Shown here: positions 51,680 through 64,000 of the stretch, piece by piece
Position numbering within the stretch: position 1 is the first letter of the stretch
Layout: each line of letters starts with the position of its first letter
Assembly: GCF_006345805.1 (NCBI RefSeq)
Contig: NC_042999.1
Span: 47,306,001 to 47,370,000, forward strand
Direction: 5' to 3'
From: Octopus sinensis
Lineage: Eukaryota
DNA: 64,000 nt
Made by a program: the position numbers and the translations under genes
Notes under the pieces: generated by a model
Seen by the model: the letters and a program-made list of their open reading frames with translations, nothing else
Told to the model about the DNA's origin: nothing
The model's database searches: none

Positions 51680-52018
51680 GCCGGTGACCCCCTTCGGTCA
51701 CGACACAGACCATGGGATTGCACCTAGAAAGTTACCCTCCCAGACACAAGTCCGAGCGAGGTTGTTTATGGAAGACCAGCAGTCGCCCATTTATACCAGC
51801 CTTCCCTCTTCACGCCACCAGTGTTATCCAAAGGAAAGACAAAGATCGATACAGCTTGGCACCAGTGACGTCGCAACTCATTTCTACAGCTGAGTGAACT
51901 GGAGCAACGTGAAATAGAGTGACTTGCTCAAGAACACAACACGCAGCCCGGTCCGGGAGACCAGCTCACAACCTCACGATCGTAAGCTCGATGCTCTAAC
52001 AACTGAGCCATGCGCCTT
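51680..52018 (-). mobile_element. Full-length tRNA-derived CORE-like SINE
   Basis: Minus head gaaggcgcatggctcagttgttagagc, CORE-like gtgttcttgagcaagtcactctatttcacgttgctccagttcactcagctg, long 3' tail. Confidence 0.8.
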
Positions 52019-52021
52019 CAC

Positions 52022-52077
<56 letters not shown>

Positions 52078-53419
52078 TAGTTTGTGTCATTGTGTATGTG
52101 TTTCTCAGGGTTGAGAACCGATGTTTGATTGTTTATATCTTTGTAAGTTAGCAGTTAGACAAAGTTCACTTACTGAATAATTAACAGGCTTTATTAAAAA
52201 TCGAAAAGAAAAGGACTGTCCTCTAATAGTTCGAATAAAATTCTTCAAGACTTTGCTCCACCATGGCCGCAGTCTAAGGACTAAAACAAGTTACAGATAA
52301 TCATTATATATATATATATATATATATGGATACACACACACATGCTTTTCTTCTCTATAAATATATAGAGCATATATAAGAAATAATTGAGATTCAGCTG
52401 AATTAGGTACTTAGGTTGAAGCCGCAAGACAGTCCGTATTATCCGCACAGCTCGAAGTAAGGTGAATAAAATCAAAATAATGCAACAGTGTATCTAGTAT
52501 TGATGCAGTACGACTGTTTCAAGTGGCTCTATTTAATTGAACAATGCAATCATTACGTTAATTTCAATGCAGGGCTATCATCTCATCAGCTGCAAAAATA
52601 AGTAGAATTTTAATCAGTTGGACACATTAATATCATTTTTCTCAAATACTTTAACAGAGCAAGAAGGTGGAAAAATCCGTGTTGTCGCTATTGTAGCTAA
52701 GAATCGACTACACTTCTAAGAAAGTCATGAAGCTCACTGGGATCATAGCTTTGGGTAGGGGAAGACTCTAAATCATGATCTTAATTGCCAGTTAAAGGGG
52801 GTAAGACGCTAATAAAACCTATGATGTTAATACACAGGAAATTTTTTCATGGGATACTATGGGCGATTGATTCTAAATAATATTGTTATGTTGTATAAAT
52901 TTCCGATAATCATAACCAAAATAGGTAAAATGTGTGTTTATATCAAGTTTCAACATAAAAAAAGGAAAGATTACATAGAATCAGTTTATTCATTTATCTA
53001 CTTAATTATTTACTTAAGTGGTTTCTATAAAGATTGCTCATAGCGTTTACTTATGGAATACGGTAACGATAGGCATACTATCTATATATTAATTATAAGC
53101 CAAGAATCAGAAAAAAATAATGATGTATAACACACACACATATTTATCTATGTGCACACACGCACATATACACAGACATTTACCATCTATATGTATATCG
53201 TATAACCATCTCGCATAGACTTACGTAGCTAAAAATTATCTATTTCCCAACACGAAATGTTGGGGAGGGTAGAATACAAGAGTCTAACTGTCATACTGTT
53301 ATATCTATGGGAAGCAGGAATGTTTTTTTTTACTACAATTGCTATAAATTTCTTATATATGTTTGTGGATATGACACAGTTGATGGGAACATTATACCAT
53401 ATCAAATTATTATTTTCAG

Positions 53420-53491
53420 ACCTCTTAAGTATGTAATAGCGGAATCTACCTGCTCTTTCAACGCCTCCGAAAATCGCGACTTGATAATCAG
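53420..53491 (+). CDS. Candidate symmetric exon (PLKYVIAESTCSFNASENRDLII)
   Basis: ttattattttcag acceptor, CAG/gtatgg donor, 72 nt, only one frame open. Confidence 0.18.
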
Positions 53492-53721
53492 GTATGGGCA
53501 TATTACCAGTATTTTCTTATCATTAATACGCCCAGTCACTTCACTACCTTTATTATAATCCACCCAGTCGCCTTACTACCTTTATTATAAAAACTAATAT
53601 TCCTACTGGTTATACCATCTAATTTTCTATTGTTGCTTATCTTTTTATTTAACATAGCGGAATCGTATATATATGTATAGCGGAATCGCATATATATGCA
53701 TAGAGGAATCAAATATGTAAT

Positions 53722-53752
<31 letters not shown>

Positions 53753-55822
53753 TTATATATATATATATACCCCCTTTATATATGAATTCCCTTTATGTCG
53801 AAATTTATTGCTAGCCTTATAGAAGTGCAGAATTCTAGACATGTATGGATATCTATAATTTACTATTAAAAACCATGCGCCCAGTAACACATATAAATAT
53901 ACATGCACAAACAGACAGGCACATATACGTTTACATATACACACACACACAGATATTACACACATGGGATTCATGAAAATTTCCGCATACTTATGCGTAT
54001 GGGTCTAAAATTGTTGAATGTGATAGATACATAGATATAGATAAGTACAGATATATCTCCGTGATGTTCTTGTATTTTATCAATGCCATTCAATGATTCA
54101 TTGAAACCAGAGTTGAGTTAGCATATTCACAAACTTCGAAATTAATCTCAGTGAGTTACATATTCTATATATTCTGTAGAATGATGTCAAATAGAAGAAA
54201 AAAAGGGAAAGCATTAAAATGTCACCAATTTCAGTCTGAGAGTGAATAAAAGAAGATGTGAAAGAACTCTTTGAAGAACGAAATGAAAATATTATTGAAT
54301 CAAAGGCATATTATTGATTTTTTTTCTCCCGATGCACAGACATTATACATTATATTCGATATAAAACTGCAAACCAAATTTTGGGTTATGGTTTTCCTGC
54401 CACTATGAAAAAAGGATAGTCTAATTCATATAGAACATGGAAATTATACAAAGGAAAGAAGTTTATAGCAATGTTTCATTATAATACTCTTTGTTCCTAA
54501 AATAGTTTCTATGTCTGATATAAGATGTTCTTATTATCTTACTTTGTCGCCGAATTTAGGAATTGTATTACGAAAGGTACCAAAATGCTATCAATGGTTT
54601 TTTTAACTCAATGCTTTAAATAAAAATGTTTAATAGTATGTTTATTGTAATAATCTTACTTCTAATGCAGGAAGATATTTATTTCACTTTCCTGTACTTA
54701 ATGAACCTTAGGTTGTTTTACAAGTCAATTGTTAGAAAGTAATTTTAAATTCTTCAAAGTGTGTAATGAAATTTCCTTATCAAACAAGTCTCGGCTACAT
54801 TTGAAATTATATAGTCTGACGCTTATGTCCTCTTATGGTTTTGCATATTATGTATATTTCCACCTATATTAACTACATGCTGATTATATATCTCGAACTT
54901 TAGAAAACTTAGTTTAAGTTGTCTCAGTCTTTCAAAGTTAATTCCTTTTTAGTTTATAACTGAATGCTTCTCTGTATTATTGCTCTTCAGCTTTCTTTAG
55001 TATCTGATAATAAAATTGTCTTCAATCTGTGGCAAGAAAATTACTTCTGGGTAAAACTTTTGAGGAATGAAACTGCTATAAACAACATACATCTATTACG
55101 GACGTTGGTAATTTTCCTTCAGCTAAGTTAAACTTCGGCAACACGAATGTAAAACACTTCATGGTGTCATTATGAAAATCTTTCAATGTTTTTATTGATA
55201 TTCTCCTACATTATATATTTAAATGTGATATTACTTTTAAGCAAAATTGGATTCTATCGTATGTGACATGAAGCACAATCATTTGTGATACAACGTCAAT
55301 TCAAGACAGCCCTTCATTAAGAGTGCGTATCAAATCCAATAATAAATGTACTTTCAAGATTCCTTGTTTTCTAGAAATAAACTTACGAGACATTTTCAGG
55401 CATGTTCGCACATTTGCATACATTTGCCAGTGTTAAAACTAAATATATTACGAAATAAAGGCAAATTTTTAATATTCAATATATGATACAACGTGGAATA
55501 TACCACATGAATATTGTATGGAATTAGAATAATTAGGATTGGTGTGTATGATTATATTGAAAACTATATCACAAAAACCACAGAGAATATGAATTATTCA
55601 AGTACCATTATAAAACAGCCATTCCTACTGAATAATATAGTGAAAATAACATTTCAAAAATTAATGCAACACAACATATCGAGCCTTCAATGTGCATACT
55701 AAAGATCCAATATTTTGACAGGAGAAAATATAATTACATATTCAGTGTGAATTAAAGCTTCCTTGCACATTAGTAATGCACTTTAGATAGCTTATAAAAC
55801 ACTGATGCGTGCACCATGATAA

Positions 55823-55881
55823 TGGTTCATAGCTACTACTACGACTACTACTACGACTACTACTATTACTACTACTACAAC

Positions 55882-55929
<48 letters not shown>

Positions 55930-56212
55930 CACCACCACTACTACCACCACAACTACTACCAACACCACTACTACTACTACCACCACCACCACCACCACCA
56001 CTACTACAACAAAAACAACTACTACTACTACTACTTCTACTACTACTACTACTACTGCTGCTGCTGCTACTACTGGGGCTGAGCGCCGCCGCTGCCACCA
56101 CCACAACCACCACCACCAACAACAACAACACACAACCAAAATCAGCACCACAACCACCACCACAATCACCACCAGAACCACCACCACCACCACCTCTACT
56201 ACTACTACTACT
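55823..56212. repeat. Compound trinucleotide repeat (TAC/CAC/AAC/TGC)
   Basis: Read directly. Confidence 0.95.
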
Positions 56213-57319
56213 ATAGAATTGAGAGGGTTTGTCAAGTACGACGAAACCTCTACTTGATTAAACATTACAATAAATCCGACATCACTTCAATTAATCCTAA
56301 AATACATAAAAAATATAATATGTATAAATTCAAAATATTGTTGACATAGAGTAGGATTTCAGTAACATCGGATGGTGAATTCTGATTTACGCACACAAAT
56401 TTGAAGGAAACGTTACCCAACTTCATCTAAACCGGTACTTGACTGGTATATTATTTTATCAAACCTGAGATGACACTAAAGTAAGGGTGACCTCAGCGAG
56501 ATTTATAGATAGAATGTAAAGAGCCGAGATATTTACGACTAGGCATATTTTCCGATGCTCTAATGATTCTTTTTAGATGCAAATAATAACAAATCATTCT
56601 TATGCTAGGTCTCATATGCAACTTTATGCCCAAGAGATAGTGTTCTCATAATAAGCAGTCATCCGATAAATTAAATAAATGAGTACATGGAAAGAACGAT
56701 AGAAAATAAACAGGCAACACTGTATGCAGAGAACAACTGGCACTATCTTTTATGTTTTATCTTTTTCATATTAAATGTGATTACTTCAAGCAAAAATTAT
56801 TGTTTACACAATAGGCAATATGTGAATAAAGAAGAAACACTTTGTGTTTAAGACAAGTGATATAAATGTATACGCAATTTTTTAATCATATAAAAGAAGC
56901 CACTTTTTCAACACATTCAAAAAGATATAAATTTTAAAATTAAATCATACTTAGCGGTAATTATAAACAGATCAATTATCACCATTAGTATATTAGGCCA
57001 CAGCAAATACACAACCACCAGAGTTGTGTTTTATAGTGGTATTTGTAAGGTGACCTGAAGAGAATTTAATTCAGGAATATCATGAAAAATTGTTTCCAAA
57101 GCGATACCTTTTGAAAAGCTTTCAAAAGACGCCAGCCCACTTTCGGAATTTTAAAGGAATTAATCGATAAATCTGAGGTCATAAATTCTGAAATATTATT
57201 TCTACTTAGTACTATACCCGACGTACATTTGTACTTTTGGAGAGTGATGCTGCTTTTTACAAGAAAGCGATGTGGTGGAGCAAAATAGAACTTGAGAATT
57301 TGTGTAGATTTATAACATA

Positions 57320-57521
57320 CGATGGAGTATTGAAAAGTTTCTGACTTTAACGGAGTTGCGAAAGGCCTGGTTGGGGACCCAGTTTTCGGAGTTTTTTTAC
57401 ACGTCATAGAAAAACTGAAGAAACGCTGTGAGGGAAATGAATATGCTGAATAAAGTCATAATTAACTGATCCTCATGTATTTTCTTTTACCCAAAGCCAC
57501 AAACTTTTAAGCACTCCCTCA
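57320..57521 (+). mobile_element. Mariner internal-deletion derivative (MITE-like, ~200 bp)
   Basis: Imperfect TIRs cgatggagtattgaaaagtttctgacttt / aaagccacaaacttttaagcactccctca with TA on both sides; retains transposase end IEKLKKRCE..EYAE*. Confidence 0.8.
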
Positions 57522-58381
57522 TAAAAGTATAAAATCTTAAATTTGAAGCAGAGCAACTGGGAGAAATATTGAAGTAAAATTGTAAAACACTCAGATGAAA
57601 TCATTTTGAAAAATTAGCATTGAAAATCAAACAATTTTCAATACTAATCTCAATATAATAAAAATTAAAACCTATCTTATCGAATTAATGAAACTAAGAC
57701 CTGAGTAAACAAAGTGTAAATAAAACAGAAAATAAACATGATACACAAATCGAATGAAAGATTGAGATTTATATTTTATTTAAGAAAAAGAAATGAAAAT
57801 TCATCAAGAATTAGAAAAAAAATAGGTACTTAAAATTATATTGTCAATAACAACAAAACTACTGAAATCAGTAAATAATACTCAACGAGATTTGTGGACG
57901 GTTTTTCCTGCAGAACAAGTAATCTGTATCGATTACGAAGTATCTAGGTGACGAGAAGTTTACAGAAGAGTGCGTAGGTGTGCGTGACAGAGCATAATAC
58001 TGGATGGCACATGAACGTCAACAGTAATACATGCATATGTACTCTGGCAGAATAGAACCATCACAAGATGGGAAAAGGAACATGAATCAGGAGAGTGTGC
58101 GTATACATCATTGGCCAAAATGTACCCGACAGTAAATCAAAATCCCATAAATACTATCTGTAATTTTGTACTGACTCGAATGGGAAAATGTTTCGCCCAA
58201 GGACATCAGTCTTAAAAAATTTCGTTGATGTTTTATATTTAGAAGCTTTTACTAAATTCATTCAGTTGTTAAGCATAAATCTTTTGATTAAATAGTTTTT
58301 ATTTACTGTCAGGGGACTTTTGGCCAAACCTGTATGTATGTGAGCATGTATGTATATCCGTATGTGTGTATGTGCTCATGC

Positions 58382-58447
<66 letters not shown>

Positions 58448-58697
58448 ATAATATTAGGGAATAAATCCAAATTTACAGGGAAAAAAATCAGATTTAGGAT
58501 TAAATCCAATTTTATAGTAAAATATTATATAATATTAATTCGAGACAAAACCACTATTTTGCAAAACAAACAAGGAAAGACTTAATCAATACATAAAAAA
58601 TTTAATATAAAGAAATAAACCGCCACTACAATCGTTTCATGTCTTCAATGACATTCGTCGGGTGGATTTTCGATCTCCTAATCTGTTTTAATTTATG

Positions 58698-58771
<74 letters not shown>

Positions 58772-58847
58772 TATGTATGTATTCTGTATACATGCAAACA
58801 CATACATACACACAAAAACAGACACACGTCTCTCCCTCTCTGCTATG

Positions 58848-58890
<43 letters not shown>

Positions 58891-59509
58891 ATCTGTATGT
58901 GTGTGCGAGAGAGAGTGAGGAGATAGATAGAAAGTGGGAAAGAGAGAGAGAGAGAGAGAAAGAGAGTGTGTGGTTGTGTACAATGCACCGCAATCAAGAA
59001 CCTTACCGTACACCGGAAGTTTTGGTACTGAGAAGGCTCTAATATTGAACCACCTTAAAAGTACCGATTGACAGCACTCAGTGAACTTTTTAACAGATCA
59101 AATCAGCACTAGACTGACTACTGGAAAAAAGGAGCATGAATTCTGCAAAGCAAATATACTGCAATACCCTCAAATAACAGGTCTGTTAGCTGCCATACAA
59201 CAAAATAAAAGATGAAATATTCGCAAAAGCAAAATAAACAAAGACTGAAAATAGTACATAGTAATTATTGAACCCATCGTGTTTGGCTGTCTAAGCCTTG
59301 CCAAATATAAGTGTATTCACAAACATTATACAGAAAACCGCTGTTTTATTTAGTTAGCAATATTTCGATTCTTCGACGTGAGAGCGTTGAAATAGTATGT
59401 ACTTGTACGAAACTGGGTAGCTGACCGCTATCTGGTCGCTATCTGGGACATGTATTACCAGACTCAAGATAAAATCAACGCAAATAACCTATATATAATT
59501 ATGGACTAC

Positions 59510-59802
59510 CGGAATACTGCATGAATGGGAAACTAACAATAACACTAAGTATGAGAATAAAATGGCATAAATATAAATAGTTTTAAGAATTTGATATCAA
59601 TCAAATTCGCAGCTTTACACAAACACAAGCTGTAGTACTGCAAATAACAGAAATCCTTCTTACAATAAAAGTTTTCAATTAAGTACCATATTTCAAGAAA
59701 TATAATCTCCGTACACAAAACCTATATAATCATGACACAGTAAAAGATTATTTACCCCAAATTTAATCTGTACAATCTCCACCAAACACTGTAACAGTCA
59801 CA
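59510..59802 (+). repeat. Paralog of the mariner-interrupted segment 62108-62329 + 63621-63700 (empty site)
   Basis: aaactaacaataacactaagtatgagaataaaatg..cc tatataatcatgacacag..ccaccaaac continuous here, split by the mariner in the other copy. Confidence 0.92.
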
Positions 59803-60289
59803 AACTGATACCAGTCAAGTAGCGCAAACAAAAGCTAAATTCCATCCAGTAAAATAACACAAATTACATTCCATACATTCTCCATAACAAACACACAAAA
59901 TAATAAAATAAGAAGACAAACAAATATACTTATTCTAAAACAAAACAAATATGATGCAATATACAAACTTAGTTCTTTATCTCAAAAATAGAATGCTGAT
60001 CAAACCTTTGGAATAGGTCATTGAAACTAGCCGAGCAAATCCGTCGAAAATACGTAGATAGCACAGGCCAAGGAAAAAAGATTTTTCTGTGTTGGCAAAG
60101 CATTTGGATATAAAATAGGTGTTGTTATGACACAAAGAATCCGAGAACAGCATCCATTTATTACTATCACGTCAAAGTATTTTAAAGATTTTTGTATGTC
60201 CTTGTCTCTTACTTTATCAATAAAACTGTTTAGGAAGAACAAGGCGTAATATGCTAATATTAATAGAAACTGGTTTTACTTCAAAACCT

Positions 60290-61612
60290 TTGTTTTCTTA
60301 AAAGTCTACTGAAAAACTTCACAAATTTTCGTTTGAACTATTTTCGTGTGTGTTGAGGATTAGGATCATCGTGAGCCAAGTTCCAGCAATATTTCACCTT
60401 CATTTGCAAGTGCCATCTGCTTTGATACCTTTGTTGAATTGAATGGATATATTCTCCTCGCTCGTCACTTATATCATCAAGATTTTGAGGCAGCTTATTT
60501 AGGTGGGCGTGGAGACAGTGCTGCTTTATGTTTATATTTGCTCCCAGATTTTGAAAGTTCACCAGGAAGTTTTCGGCTTTTTCGTCATAGCTGGCTTCTG
60601 TGTTGTCAGAAAATCATTTACAATTATTACAAATGAATACCATGATGCTTCTTCAATGCAGTTCTTTGAATTCACAGACTGCATCTTTAAATCGGTTGTC
60701 TGATTTTTGGCTCATCAAATAACCCGAACAGAAAATGTGCCGCAGGTATTGAGAAAGCATGGTCCGTCTGTATTTATAGCTTTAACAAACTGCGTCATAA
60801 TGCCAAGTTTGATAAGAAGTAGAGGTAGGATGATGTTTTTCCAGGTTGATCTAAAGGCTCTTCAACAAAGTTAAAGGCCCTGGAATTAATGTGCACTGCG
60901 CCCCTTTTTTGATCACTCAATGTTTTTCACTGAATTTTCTGTTCCGCATACATAAAAGAGATATAGATATTTGGTGTATCAATTTTGTTGGTCCAGGAGA
61001 AAGTCCACGCATATTACACACTGTTGTTAGTGACACACAATTTACTCTATAGCTGTGCTTTCACGGCTTCATATATCTCTGTTAGTTTTGTAGAGTAAGC
61101 AAGGGGAAGAGCGGCCGATCTATTTCTAACTTCTTTTCAAGCTATCAATAAAAAGTTACCATTCAGCTGCATCGCATTCCGATAATCTCATCCCCCCATG
61201 CAGTTCTTCACTGTTTGTGCAATACACAAACTCATAATTGTTTCTTTAATCGAGACTTAAGTTCATCTGCAGAACTTTTTGATAAGTGTAAAAATCTTAC
61301 CAAGTCATTGCGTTCATTTCGATCGAATAAATGCTGGCTTGAGCTTGTGTGAAAGTAAACCGAATCATGTGTGCTTTCCTCTCGATCGGTTGATACTTTC
61401 ACATCAACAAGCTCACAAAATTTTGTCCTAAATTTCACTAGTAAACAAGGCAGTTTTCTAAAACGTAAGAACGATGTGATATTTGTGAGGTTTGGGTATC
61501 TTGAAATCTAGAGGTGATGATAAAAATAGTCCCGTATTTGGATTTATCATATCAAAAAACATTTTTATCTGGTAAAAAACTGCTTGACAAAAAAATACTA
61601 GTTGCGTTGTGT
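60290..61612 (-). mobile_element. Tc1/mariner m44/Sailor-like transposase relic
   Basis: ERNDLVRFLHLSKSSADELKSRLK; IILPLLLIKLGIMTQFVKA; LGANINIKQHCLHAHLNKLPQNLDDISDERGE..RYQSRW..KYCW, matching the NDLVRDL.LSK / LPPLHIKLGLMKQFVKA / SDEHGERFHQD..RYQG.W..DYCW family. Confidence 0.8.
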
Positions 61613-62329
61613 AATTATAAACAATAACAATAATGACGATTATGTTATGATGTAATCACAATGAGTCAATATCCTTAAAGAATAAAAAGGATCGTGCTCC
61701 GTTTTACCCGCGTCAAAATCTTTGGGCGCGTAAGTGATGCAAAGAAGCTTTAAGCGGTAATCAAACATCATCACTTTTCATGTCATTTCTACCTCGCGTG
61801 AAGCACTAAAAGAGGTTTGTTTTAGGCTTATATACTATATAAAAATTAATTGTTCATTAGTGATGCTACAATTCAAAGGGTCAGCCATATGTCATTGAAT
61901 TACTATAGAAAATTCTTACATTGGCAACAGACAGTGCTACACTTTCCTTTTTTTGTTTTGTTTGTTTGTTTTTATTGCCATTTAATAAATTTAAGAACTG
62001 AACTACAAATTTTTAAATTTAAATTTACAATTAATTATAATTTTTCAAAATTCGAATTGGGGAGGACTAAAGTTGTTATCTTTCGCATACTAGACATTTA
62101 AATAGGCAGGAAATACTGCATAAAAGTGAAACTAACAATAACACTAAGTATGAGAATAAAATGATATAGATAAAAATAGTTTCAAGAATTTAAAATCAAT
62201 CAAATTCACAGCTTTACACAAATGCCCAAGCTGTAGTCCTGCAAATAACAGAAATCCTTCCTGGTAAAAAGTTTTCAATTCAGTGCGATATTTTAAGAAA
62301 TAGACTCTCCGTATACAAAACATTACCTA

Positions 62330-63620
62330 CGAGGGACGTTCAATAAGTAATGCCTTTGACCTACTTGCATTTGTTTGATCTAGCTGACATTTTGCATGTG
62401 CAATTATTTATATTTCGATAGAGTAAGTGGCAAATTACAGCTCTGGATTTTCTGTGGTTTCTGATTTACAGGTGTTTGAACCGAGTCAAGTGTGAAATGG
62501 AGCCTGTTGAGTGTCAAGCAGTGATCCGGTTATGTATTTGAAAGGACGCACACCACGGGAAACTTTTGATGAAATTAAAGTAACTTATGGTGATGATGCC
62601 CTATCATATGACCTTGTAAAACGCTGGCATCGTGAATTCAAGCATGGTCGGAACTCTGTGGAAACAGCTCCCAGATCTGGTCGCCCCCTTCTGCCATTGA
62701 TGAGGCATCTGTCCGTCAAGTTGAGGCTGCCATTTTGGAAGATCGACGCATAATTATTCGCCAAATAGCCCATGAGGTCAAGATTAGTACCGGGTCTGTG
62801 GAAACTATCATTCATGACCATTTGCATATGCAAAAGGTGTCTGCCAGATGGATTCCCAGGTTGCTCACGCCTTTCCAGAAGCAAGAACGCGTCGAGTGCT
62901 CGAGGGTGAATTTGGAGATGTGCCAAGAAGATGAGTCAAAATCTTTCAAAAGACTGATTACACAGGATGAAACCTGGGTCCATCACGATGATCCAGAGAC
63001 CAAAGCCCAGTCAATGCTGTGGAAGCACCGTGACTCACCCCCTCCAAAGAAGGCAAGGGTGCAGCCCTCCGCTGGCAAGGTCATGCTCACAGTCTTCTGG
63101 GACCAGGACGGAGTAGTGATGACAGATTTCCTGGCAAAGGGTACCACAATTGCAGGAGCCTATTATGCTTCACTTTTGAGGAAATTAAGAGAAGTTATCA
63201 AAATCAAGAGGCGGGGCAAGATCAGCAAAGGCATCCTCCTCCTGCAGGACAACGCTCCGGTCCACAACTCGCTTGTCGCCAGATCAGAAGCACAGGCGTA
63301 TGGCTATGAACTCCTCCCCATCCCCCCTACTTTCCTGACCTTGCACCCTCTGATTTTCACCACTTCCCAATCATGAAGTTGTTTTTGAAAGGAAAGCGTT
63401 TCCCAGATGATGCAGCCTTGTTTCTGAAGTCACGTTGAGGTTGGAGGGCCAAGCTGGGTTCTCCTACAAAAACGGTCTCCAGAGCCGCATCAAACGATGG
63501 GGTAGATATGCGTAACTCTGGGTGGTTCCTATGTAGAAAAAGACTAATAACTGTGCCAAGTTTCGTTGCTCTACTGCTATGGGAAGTGGGTCAGGGGCAT
63601 TACTTATTGAACGCCCCTCG
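62330..63620 (+). mobile_element. Full-length (1291 bp) DD34D mariner element with TIRs and TA TSD
   Basis: TIRs cgagggacgttcaataagtaatgcc / ggcattacttattgaacgcccctcg; TA at 62328-62329 and 63621-63622. Confidence 0.97.
62497..63547 (+). pseudogene. Mariner transposase, frameshifted (at least three shifts)
   Basis: MEPVECQAVIR..RSGRP..WIPRLL..ITQDETWVHH..LQDNAPVH..PDLAPSDF (34 residues between 2nd and 3rd Asp after frame repair)..YVEKD*. Confidence 0.95.
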
Positions 63621-64000
63621 TATATAATCATGACACAGTTAAAGATTATTTACTCCTCATATAATCTGTAAAATCCCCACCAAACGCTGTAACAATCACA
63701 GTTTTTGTGTTTTTAAATGGCAGGAATCTAGTTGATATTAGTCATTTACCCTGTTCAGTTTATTATTAAGCAGATAGTTTAGTTAATGAATTCCAACAAT
63801 GAATATCTCTGGCATAATATAAACAATATATTATCTATAACATAATAAAAGCTAAATGTTGTAGCTTACAACGCGGTGTAGCCAAAGGTGGAGAGTTCTT
63901 GAAAAGGATAGATGACGCTTTTAAAATAGAACGTAACACAGAAAAGGCTTTTCGGCAAAAGAACGATGAGTTAAGGTTGCAGAGCTTTTGTAATATAAAT

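Noticed and set aside
54700-55260. Possible LINE linker fossil on the minus strand (QILKKAEEQ*YREAF..L*KT)
   Set aside because: Similarity too weak and stop-ridden to support a call by eye.
58180-58225. Minus-strand CTGATGTCCTTGGGCGAAAC hammerhead-like string
   Set aside because: Lacks G8-A9; stem III/NUH and stem I do not pair.

Overview
AT-rich, microsatellite-saturated eukaryotic (animal) DNA. The repeat content (tRNA-derived SINEs of the OK/OR type, TAA-associated R4/Dong LINEs, long (TA)n/(TAA)n/(CTAT)n tracts) looks like a cephalopod, most likely Octopus; this is inferred from recalled repeat families, not from a search. There is no confidently identifiable protein-coding gene, and nearly all ORFs in the supplied track are microsatellite artefacts or transposon relics. 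Supported contents: (1) an isolated ~1.2 kb 3'-terminal 28S rRNA fragment (- strand, 1445-2677); (2) decayed non-LTR retrotransposons (several R4/Dong pieces in TAA tracts, one CR1/L2-group RT, RTE pieces); (3) DNA transposons: a full-length but frameshifted DD34D mariner with TIRs, TA TSD and an empty-site paralog in the window, a mariner deletion derivative, a maT-like relic, an m44/Sailor-like relic and a non-autonomous Helitron; (4) about 20 SINE copies; (5) two old local duplications plus an inverted pair of cryptic Trp-rich ORFs; (6) a few speculative exons. The most interesting signal is a set of unrelated small elements, embedded in (TA)n, that share one design: inverted arm, direct arm, short unique tail. 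They carry minimal type I hammerhead-ribozyme motifs with palindromic stem III. The best example is a near-perfect 466-bp palindrome (11015-11480) with one intact and one point-mutated hammerhead on opposite strands. These resemble Penelope-like pLTR or retrozyme derivatives.
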